Source of the DNA: Schmidtea polychroa
Taxonomy: Eukaryota
NCBI GenBank assembly: GCA_044892525.1
Contig: CM097885.1
Coordinates: forward strand, 51,710,001 to 51,774,000
Reading direction: 5' to 3'
DNA: 64,000 nucleotides
The notes below the pieces were generated by a model. The model saw only the letters and a program-made list of their open reading frames with translations, did no database searches and was not told where the DNA came from. Below are positions 54,172 through 64,000 of the stretch, one piece after another. Every line of letters starts with the position of its first letter. The first letter of the stretch is position 1. The position numbers and the translations under genes are program-made.

Positions 54172-54388
54172 CCCTTAATTGCATGATTGATCAAAAAAAA
54201 CTTTATTATCTAAAAATATGTAGAACGGATTTGAACATGAATGAGCCGATTTTTAAGCCATCTATAAGCAATAAACAGTTATGTAGTCAATCAACAACGT
54301 TGTGTATCAACTTAAAATCTACTTCACAGATACTTCGAGACAGCGAAATTCGGTATGTTGTCAAACGACAACACAATGCATTTAAGGG
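54172..54388. mobile_element. piggyBac-type MITE (217 bp)
   Basis: TTAA on both sides; TIR CCCTTAA(T/A)TGCAT. Confidence 0.78.
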
Positions 54389-55150
54389 TTAACTCAGTAA
54401 TGTCTATCAAAGGAGAAAATGAGTAAGAAAAATATACAGCATTATTTAATAAATATTATTGCAAATATTCTACATTCCAAGTATTACGTCATTTAACAAT
54501 TATGAGATAAGCTTTCTAAATATGATGTTTATATCAATGTCACTCATTGCAAATACAAGTGTGAATATTTTTAGAGTACATATATTTCCAAATGTTGTTG
54601 AAAGCAGAGATAAATTATATTTTAAAGGTTTGAGAACAATCTGGTAAGTAAGTCTTTATGTAGATCAGTGTTATATGTTTAATATCATATTAAAATTCAC
54701 ATTAATTTTGGCGAATAAATAATTATATATCAAGATAAAATGACCTAGTAATTTTATTTAAAATTAAGACTTAATTAAAAGTTTAGTTAATTGATTTAGC
54801 TTGAAAAACGTTATTTGCATTAATAATTTACACTCTTGTTACGATGTTTTTTTCAAATGAATGTTTTTGTGATTCAAGTTATCAAATGCAAAGTATTTTT
54901 TTAAATATCATTTTAAATATCATGTCTATATTAATAAATTAATAATACAAATAATAAAGTTTTTCAGGAGCACAAAATATTAATAATTTAAAAATTAAAT
55001 TAATTAAAAATTAATAAATAAATAAAATTAATTATTTCAAATAATTTTGAAAAAGTAATTAATTTTAACATTTATATATTTTACAATTACTTAATGTATT
55101 AAAAAGAGAGTTTGGAGACTTGAATCAGTAATATATCGATGTTTGTTGAT

Positions 55151-55187
55151 ACTCACGAATTTTCGGCACTGCCTTTTTCAAGCGAAT
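55151..55187 (-). ncRNA. Ultra-minimal hammerhead, U3:A8 variant (family C)
   Basis: ATTCGC-TTGAAAA-A-GGC-AGT-GCC-GAAA-ATTC-GTGAGT. Confidence 0.65.
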
Positions 55188-55604
55188 TTGATCATTATTA
55201 ATACATTTAATAATTATTGTTGGGAAAAATAAATTTATTTCGTATTTAATAATAAATTTATTGGTTTAATTATATTTTATTTTAATTACCCAAATAATAT
55301 TTCCTATTTATTAAATTTTTAAATTCTATAATTTAATTTAATTTTCAATTTTTTAATATTTTATTTTATAAAAAAATGTTTTTTATATTTAAAATATTTT
55401 TTTAATTTTAAATTTTAAATCTAATTAAATAATTATTTAAGTATTAATTTAGTTGAATGTTGATGGACGGTTTAAGTTTTTTTATATAAAGAGTCTCTGC
55501 GGCAAATCTTTGCAATGAATTTTTGAACGCATTTTGTAACATTTTGCATTTTGTTTCGTGTAAGAGTGGTGCTGATTTGTGCACTTTTTTCCAAACACTG
55601 GAAA

Positions 55605-55641
55605 ATTCACTTGAAAAAGGCAGTACCGAAAATTCGTGAGT
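55605..55641 (+). ncRNA. Ultra-minimal hammerhead, family C, with a stem II mismatch
   Basis: ATTCAC-TTGAAAA-A-GGC-AGT-ACC-GAAA-ATTC-GTGAGT. Confidence 0.55.
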
Positions 55642-57889
55642 ATCAACAAACATCGATATATTACTGATTTATAGTCTTCAAACTCTCTTTTTAATAAATT
55701 CAATGGAAAAAATAATCAGTGGTGAAATTGGAAGAAATGAAAGTTCTTATAATAATTAATTAATAGTAAAAAATCATTTCTAATTTTAACAATTATATTA
55801 TTTACTATTTTAATTTATTATAAACTATTTTAACAAAATATTTGAAATATTTCATTCATATTATTCAACCGATAGCATTATTATTTATTATATATTTATA
55901 ATAAATATTTACTCAATTTGTATTTTCATTTTATAGTGCCAAATTTATTTATATGTAATCAGGTTTATTTTCCGTTTGTTTATCCAATTGTATTTCCAGG
56001 TTGATGTTAATGTCTTTAATCCCTTACCATATACTATACTAAAAACACTTTTAGTTCGATTATATTTCCAATTTGATAATTTTTTTATTTTACAATTTCT
56101 TTTATTTCTGTTTCTGTAAAAGTGTATATTAAAATAAAAAAAACAATATTTATTGTTTTTATATGAAAAATTCAATGGGTAATAAAGTTACTTAAGTTAA
56201 TAAGATAATAATTATCACTTTTTAAAATGTTAAAGTTTATTTATTTGACTTTAACAATAACTTAAAATACATAAATTAATTTCAATTATTCTATAAAATT
56301 TTTTTTCTTACTATTCAGTCAAAATTAGAATTTATTTGGAATTTATTTTTGGAATTTATTTTTGAAAATATTAATTCATACATTAAACAAACAATTGAAA
56401 AAATTATATTTCTCATCGCAAAAAACTAAAGAATTAAAAGAAATAATTTCTTAAATTGGATAAAATTTGTTTATTATTTAGAAAAAAAAATATTTTTATG
56501 GCGTCTGATCTTGGACGAAATCGATTATTAAATACTAAAATGTCGGAAATTATTTCAGTCTTTGGAGACTTCATTGATATTTGCCTTGACTATTGCTTAT
56601 TGCTTAATCTCTTCTACTTGATCAATCGCTGTCTTTTCCAGAAACTTTATTTATGAGAAAACATTAAATTACCCAAAAACCGTAACGCTTCTGTCAATAA
56701 TTCAATGTTCAAGTTAATTATCTTTCTAAAATTGTAATGATCATTATTATACATTTAATAAATAATGTTGAATAATTTTCTTTCTTTAATCATAATTTAG
56801 TTTTTCTAATAATAAAAGCAGTTAAAAAAATTTTTTTTTTGAAATAAATGTCGTGTAAAAATTTCCGAATTTAAATGAAATGTTGTATTAAAACAAAATT
56901 AAAGTTATATATTTTTACATTTAATTAATATTTGTAGAATTTATTGACATTTAGAATATTCGAAATGGAATTTTTTTGCTTTGAAATATTGAACTCCAGT
57001 ATATTTATTTGTAAAATTTCATATTGGTATAGAAGCTTTAGGTTTGTAATTAAAATGTGGTTATTTATTTTTCTTTAATTATTTTTATAGAACAAACAAT
57101 ATTTAAATACTTTTTCTTACTGATCTGTTTGTTTAGCTAGTTGACTAATAGCTTTGAAAAAATGGTCGTTATAGATACGCCAAGTTTATCAATTTGGCAA
57201 AATCTCTAGAATAAAAAAGATTTTTTGTTTGAATTGCTGGATTGTTTGCTGTGTGAGGCGCTTATTTTATATTCCCTTCTTTTAGTAATAAAGGAAACGT
57301 ATCTGAAATTAAAACTAATTAAAAACGTTATATTAATAAAGTTAAATTTGCTTATTTTATACTCATTGCGCTTAAAAAAATGTCTACTTTTTACTAGCGG
57401 TAAATTAAGTAAAATTTGTAAAATAGCCGTTGAAAAATAAATCTAGAACTATCAGGTCACACAATTTAGAAATTTATTAAAAACAAAGTTGACATGGCCA
57501 AATTGAAAGTAAGAAAACAGTTTAATTTAAAATATTAATAATGATGATACTGTGACAAAGAATTTTTTTTTCTAAAAATATTATTGTTTTAATGAAATCG
57601 GTTTTTTTTATTATCAATTTCTTTGTGTATTATTTAGATTATAAAACAACTTTGTTATTAATTTATAAATAATATAAATATCCTTAATAAAACAATTAAA
57701 ACATAAACAACTGTCTAAGAGTATTTTTTCTATAAATTAAAAATTAAAATGGTTTTTGATATAATTTCGATATAATTTTTTTATAATTTCAAATATGATG
57801 GAAAAATAAAGTGAAATGATATTAAAATTAATTGATTTTTCACAATTTTTGTCACATTTAATCAAATTTAATAAATTGTATATACTCAC

Positions 57890-58177
57890 TTGACCGACAA
57901 GTATCCCACTTTTATTTGTTTCGTCAATTACGAGTTTTTCTGGATTTAAAATATAACTAGGTGGTTCATCATTAACGTCGAGAACGGTAATTTTTAATTT
58001 AGATTCAGCCATAAATTCACCATCTGTAGCCTGAACTGTAAAACTAAATGATTGATGTTTCTCAAAATCTAATTTTTGAATCAAATGTAACTCTCCATCA
58101 TTATTAATTTGAAAATAATTCGTCATCGGAAGTAAAATATACCTTAAATTATCTCCATCTGCATCTACAGCGTTAAC
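57890..58177 (-). CDS. Protocadherin-like exon (VNAVDADGD...LDFE...DVNDEPP...ILVGQ), first one identified in window
   Basis: Poly-T plus ag acceptor, gtgagt donor; 288 nt, phase 0-0; cadherin motifs. Confidence 0.92.
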
Positions 58178-59282
58178 CTAAAAAAAGAATATAAATTTAA
58201 TTTTTAAATATAATTATCAGAATGTAAATTAGAGTAAATTATTTGACGTTCCATTTATTTCTAATTTCATTTCTATCATTAAATATTTTTTTTAAATAAA
58301 TTACTATTTTGTTTAAATTAAGTCAAACTCACTTTTTTAAAAAATTTAATAGTTTTGTTTTTAACTCAAGCCAAAAGAAAATCAATACTCGAATTTCTAG
58401 AAAAGTAAGTTGTGAACAATGATTTTAAAAATATGTCTTTTTTTAAATAATTTTTATATTTTAATAATTTTATTTATTTATATTTTTTCAAATATAAAAC
58501 AAAATACACATACATATTGATATATTAAGCTACATTGTATCAATTTAAATGATAGTTTCCAAATTTGTTTAAATAAATATTCATTATTTAACATGAAATA
58601 GCAAAGTTTTTGATAGTAATAATAATAATATTTATAGTAAAATAATATTGTAGCCATTTTTAACTTATTATACCTTACATCTAAAAAAACTTTTTCTGTG
58701 CAAACTATTATTAGTGACTTTATTATAAAGTTGACAGTGTGACGCAATCATATCTGATATAGATACATACGTTAAGTGGTTAAACATAATAATTTTTAGT
58801 TCAGGGGTCGGCAACCTGCGGCTCTTTTGATATAAAGTTATTATCAAAACCCTGAAAAAATAAGAAAATATTTTTTTAAGTATTTCATTTCTCAGTAGTT
58901 AATTCTAAATCGCTACGCGTAATATGATCGTAATGAGATAAATTTGAGTTATTGTTTTGTTTTTAGAGATGAGGCTCCGTGACCATGTTTATCTTTCAGC
59001 CAATTGCATTCTATTTCCGTCCCACTTAAACAGCCACCTTCTAGAGTTTATACAACATGTCTAAACTCTGGGCGTGTTGTCAGTCAGTCATCCTTGGATA
59101 ACGCGGTCGACGTTACGTTGCATGTGTGATTATTCAATCGCTTCCGGTTTCTGCTTGTGGTTTCAAGAAGAATATGATTATGAAGAATATGGTAAATGAA
59201 TTGTTTACTGTTTTTGATGACTAAGTAAAATTTTAAAAAATATTTTTCCGACCCCTTGCACAGCAAGACATCTGATAGAAAA

Positions 59283-62193
59283 ATGAAAAGAATTGAAGAA
59301 AACCAAGAATTCGATCAGGTTTGAACGATGTCGTTTGCATACATATGCAACACTCTGATGGCCTTCCAACTTGTTTTTCTTTACCACGAAAAACTCACAC
59401 ACAATAAGAAATCAAATTTGGAGAGACACTTCACTTCAAAACATACCCAGTTTGCTTGTAAATATTCAACCGGGGACGCACGAAAAAAAAAGTTGTTGAA
59501 GAGCCCCTTAAAATTACAACAGTCAAGTTTCATGCTATGTAACTGGGAGCAATCTTCCAATAATGTAAATTTGGTAATCTTTGTAGTATCATTAGAAGTT
59601 GCAAAAGGAGGAAAACTATTCACAGGTGTTTTATACATGCATCAGAAGAACTGTTTTGTGATTCTGAAAACAAAGCAGAAATCATGAAAAAATCAAAGGT
59701 CTGCCATTATTTGTTAAAACAGTACAAGATATAACTACTAAAATGTCTTTACATGTAACACTATATGTATATAGAAGACATTCAACTGGCCTTATCACTT
59801 GCTATAGATGAATCTTGCGACATAAATGGCAAGGTACATGTTGCCTTTTTTGTCAGGTATATGTCTTCTCAAAGTCCAAAAGAAGACCATTTCTGGGATT
59901 GCCACCGCTCTCAGAACAAACTCGTGAAGAAGATATAACAAATGTTGTGCAAGAATACATGGAAGTCAATGGAATCGATATTAATAAAATCGTTTCTATA
60001 GCAATTGATGGAGCCAGAAGTGTGAGAATAATACATAGAGGGGTATCATCAATTCTTCCAAAAACAATAAACCACGAAATTCTAATTTTTCACTGCATAA
60101 TTCATCAATAAGAGCTTTGTGTCCTAACATTTCCGGCCGAAATAGTTGAGGTAATGAACTTGGTAATTAAGATTATTAACAGCATTTTTGCACAAACCCT
60201 TTACAATCTCCAGTTTAAAGATTTCTTTGAAGAAATAGATAGCCAATTTTCTGACCTACTTCTGTACAACAAAGTGCGATGACTTTCTAGAGGTAACGTA
60301 CTGAAACGTTTTGCTTTCTGCTTGAGTGAAATAAAAACATTCCTCAATGAAAAAAGCGTTGGCCATCCCGAATCGGAAGAAGACAGATGGCTGCAAAAAT
60401 TCAACAATGAACTAAATCTAAAAATACTAGGAAAGGGCAACCCAGCCTACGCCTTGCTTGAAGAAGTAGTTTGTTTCGAAAATAATACTTCTTTTTGTCT
60501 AAGAAATGGAGAGCGGTAAATTACTTCATTTTAAAAATCTGAAGCAATATTTGCGATAAGATCAGTGGAATTATTGAAACGAATTACTTAAAATACACAA
60601 AGAATGGATTCGCTGAGAGATATGAGCAAAACAAACAAAAGTACTCTCGCGTTTACAACAAATCATCTCAACACAATTACAAATGAGATCAACACTGAGC
60701 TATTTGGAATTGATGCTGGATCACTTCAAATGCTGAATTTGGAAACCAAATACTTGTGGAGTGGTAAGTTCACAAAACTCAAGTTCAAGTTGGAAGAATT
60801 AGAGGTCCAGAAATGCATGTACGTTGCGCAGAACAATTGGACAACTCTAAAAGAAATTCCGCGAGTTAAGGCTTTCATATTCAGCGCATGGAATAGTCTT
60901 CCAGAATGTTAGAGCGAGGTGAAGAAACTGGCATATGAAGTGCTGACGATTTTCGAGTCAAGATCTTGGTGTGAGCGAGCGTTCTCTTGTATGAATATAG
61001 TAAAACGTAAAGCTAGAAGTCAACTAACAAATAAAAATCTAGAGTCGTGCTTGATACTGAAAACAACAACTTATAAGCCAGATTTAATCAAACTGTTGGG
61101 TTTTGGATTATTTCAAGTCGGTTCTCTCTGACTCCTAGTGTTCTTTAAATCAAAACAATGAACGACCCAACGTATATTGAAACAACAGGTTCACAATTTA
61201 TTATCACGCTACAATTACTGATCAAAGTTTTATACGATTCTCCGCTCGGCGTTGATGCTTTGCAAACAAATAATATTCACCTTTTAGTCCTTTAGATTCT
61301 CTCGATTCACGTTTTCCTCGGTTTCTGTTTGGTTTGATTCCTTTTCACCTTTTCGTATTCTTAATTCTTTTCTTCTTTTCCCTACTTTCCTAACTCGTCT
61401 ACCAACTTTTCCGACAGTCTAATTCTTCGAACCCTAGCTGAGGCAGAATGCCGATTCTCTCTGATTTTCCCTTTGCTTATATACTCCTCGAAATCAGGAT
61501 GACAAATGGTTATTGCCGAGCCAATCTTTCGTTTGACATTTGCTCCTACGTATTTGCTTCGGCTGTCACCCATATTGATCCAACGAATCCAGATAATTAA
61601 TGGCCCTACCGGTCTTCCTACGTGCGCTATCTTCTCCTTACTCTTTTCCCATTAATCATTGTGTCAAGCTAATGGGCCCAAATCTTCCTTTTGTTTGCTT
61701 TTCTTCTTGTTTACCCAGCTCGGGTTTCCTTTATCTCTCGGGTTCTCCATTGGCTCGGGTTTCCCATTAGCTCGGGTTTTCCATTAGCCAATTAATTAAT
61801 TAATTAACGTTTTCTGTTTTCATACATTTGAATGTTTTTCGACCCTTCCTAACCATTTTCTGATAAATCCCTAACCATCATCTTATTGACCATTAGCTAA
61901 TCTATACCTGTCCCGTTTTTCCCATTCGATTTCGATGATTTTTCCATTTATTGATTTTTCTCGGATTTCCGGATTCTTGCCTTTCGTAATCGCTTTTGGC
62001 ATTTTCTAATACTGTTTCCATCACACTTTCCTTTACTATTGATTCTGTGCGCGATCCCGCTTTTATTTGTCTTTTTTTCTTCGATTACTTTCTATTTGAA
62101 TTATTATCCTAAATTTTATTTAAATTTTTTAATTTTAATTTACAGACCTCAACAAAACTTTCAAAAGGCATGCAAAGCCAATACTTCCATTGA
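59283..62193 (+). pseudogene. hAT transposase pseudogene (GTF2IRD2/ZBED5/SPIN-like), C-terminus split by LTR
   Basis: [53 protein letters not shown]. Removing the LTR restores PDLIKLSKGMQSQYFH*. The start is approximate. Confidence 0.88.
61094..62154 (-). mobile_element. Solo LTR, TGTTG...CAACA family (1061 bp)
   Basis: 4-bp TSD AAAC (61090-61093, 62155-62158); excision restores the transposase reading frame. Confidence 0.85.
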
Positions 62194-63489
62194 TGGAACT
62201 ACCTGTATTTTTGTTTTTATATGAAGCCGTTTATTTTAAATCAAAAATCAAATATATATAATATTGAAACGAAAATCTTTTGTAGCTCTTTAAAAACTAA
62301 GAAATTTTGTAAATTGTAACTTTTTGCTCTTCCTTTTCAATAGGTTGCCGACCCCTGATTTAGTTAATTACAAGCATAATTCAGTATTGTTAAAATTCTA
62401 AATTTTGTCTCTATTAATAATGGGTTTTAAAACACATTTGCCCGTCCTGTGACAGCTGTGAATTTATTTACATTAGAACATATTTCATTTTCAAATATAA
62501 GATTATTATATATATATATATATATAATTAGGTTTTGATAAATATTTACTTTGTTTTAATCGTTATTAATACTTAGGCTACCAAACATTTCTAATTTAAT
62601 TTGTTTTTATTACTGCTGTATTTACATGGATGAATATAATTAATATATTTAATGAATTTCTATGGCTTCTTATATTTTAGCTGCTGCCTCGGGACTTATA
62701 TATTCTACAGGTGTTGCTAGCTGCCATAATTTATTACATTTGCTTTGTATACAAAAAAACAAGAATGAATTTATGATTGTAAAGAAGACCCTAGTGGACA
62801 GAAGTTTCTACTTAAACATGATTGATTTCTAGTGAAAAGTTATTTTGAAAAATTGCAGTACAAATTTGTAAAGAAGAATTACTGAAATTTCTAAATCCGT
62901 TTCCATTACGTAATTTTCGAATGTTCTTAATTTTTCTGTAAAAGAATAAAAATAAATGAAGAACACTTAAAACAGTATTAAGAATAAAACCTACAAAATT
63001 TCCCATGAATATAAATGAAATTATAAAGGAAGTCATGAAAGAATAACCATAAAGGTCATTTGTATAATATGTGAATAAAATCAATGATAAGTATGAAATA
63101 AATATATAATGAAGAATTCTTTTGAAAACATATCAAATAGGATACTTAATAAGCTAAATAAAATGAAAGTAAATCACAAAGGAAACGTGAAAAATATCCC
63201 GGTTTGTACAAATGCAATAATGTCAAAACAAAACATTTTGGAAACCAGATGAAATAAAGATCTGAAAATGTAATTTGACAACAAGAAGAAATAAGGTGGG
63301 AGTAGAATTGTGAAAGAATGTATAACTGAGTGGGAAGAGCATCAATATGTATATTATAAAAACCAAAAAATAATTAATTATTCAAAGTAAGAATAATTAA
63401 AGATTAGAAAAAATTATAAATATAATTCGCCTAATGTTAAAAGGATATATAAAAATGGATATAAAAAATATATATAAAATATATATAAA

Positions 63490-63632
63490 TATATCGATGT
63501 TTTTGATATTCAAGAAATTTCGTCACTCCCTTTTTTATTGATTTACTGATTCATAGTATTCAAGCTTTTTAATAAATGCAATGTCAATGGAAAAGAAATC
63601 AGTGGTGAAATTTGATAAAAAAGTTCTTATAT
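63490..63632. mobile_element. Penelope-like family C fragments, inverted, with degenerate hammerhead
   Basis: 63490-63537 resembles 55133-55180; 63541-63632 resembles 55660-55750. Confidence 0.5.
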
Positions 63633-64000
63633 TATATAAGGTTTTTATTAAAGGATTTTATTAATAAAAATTGTTTCAAGATTAAATGGTCATTTGTCTA
63701 AATATAGAAACTTTATTTAATATTTTAGGATTCAAAATATTTGAATTCCTAATCTTTTAGGAGACGCAAAATAATAAGTGCAATTATTCATATATGTAAT
63801 ATATAATTTTATGTATAATTTATATCATTTTATTCATAAAATTTAGAAACTATATAGTTTTCTAATTTACTGATAAGAAAACAAAATAAAGACAATTAAT
63901 TTACATATTTTTTTAAACTAAATTAATGTTGTAAAAATTTTGAAAACCTTTGTATATTACCGACAATAAGTATGTCTCAGATTTATTTATTTAGATTAAT

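Larger units (their letters stand above)
55090..55755 (-). mobile_element. Penelope-like family C 3' remnant (GIY-YIG tail, 3' UTR, hammerhead) with inverted arm
   Basis: 55600-55444 encodes ..QRFAAETLYIKKLKPSINIQLN*; hammerheads at 55151-55187 (minus) and 55605-55641 (plus). Confidence 0.7.
58802..62357 (+). mobile_element. hAT transposon (Buster/Charlie type), decayed, with nested solo LTR
   Basis: Perfect 16-bp TIR CAGGGGTCGGCAACCT; 8-bp near-TSD TTTTAGTT/ATTTAGTT with central TA. Confidence 0.92.

Noticed and set aside
58770..58782. AAGTGG-TTAA piggyBac-like end
   Set aside because: No matching left terminus was found nearby.
61382..61573. 63-aa ORF inside the solo LTR
   Set aside because: No domain similarity is recognisable and it is not seen in the sister LTRs.

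Overview
AT-rich eukaryotic (animal) genomic DNA. The composition, long (AAT)n/(TA)n microsatellites and transposon set suggest a freshwater planarian, but that is inference only. The window is the interior of one large minus-strand protocadherin-like gene. Six GT-AG exons (58177-57890, 46992-46645, 27810-27658, 21710-21411, 18378-18255, 996-662) splice in phase to 516 codons of cadherin repeats; two of these exons are absent from the ORF track. The introns are packed with mobile DNA: a full-length decayed Ty3/Gypsy element with TSD, several solo LTRs, Helitrons, piggyBac and Merlin-like MITEs, hAT (Buster/Charlie) elements, a plant-type DD39D mariner, and a head-to-head Penelope-like element (PLE) interrupted by a 7.7-kb ORF-less element with Polinton/Maverick-type ends. 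The most notable signals are three families of PLE-associated minimal hammerhead ribozymes (two with a U3:A8 core covariation, one as a 176-nt tandem), the non-coding Polinton-like element, and a TG...CA insert carrying a captured Rab1 fragment.
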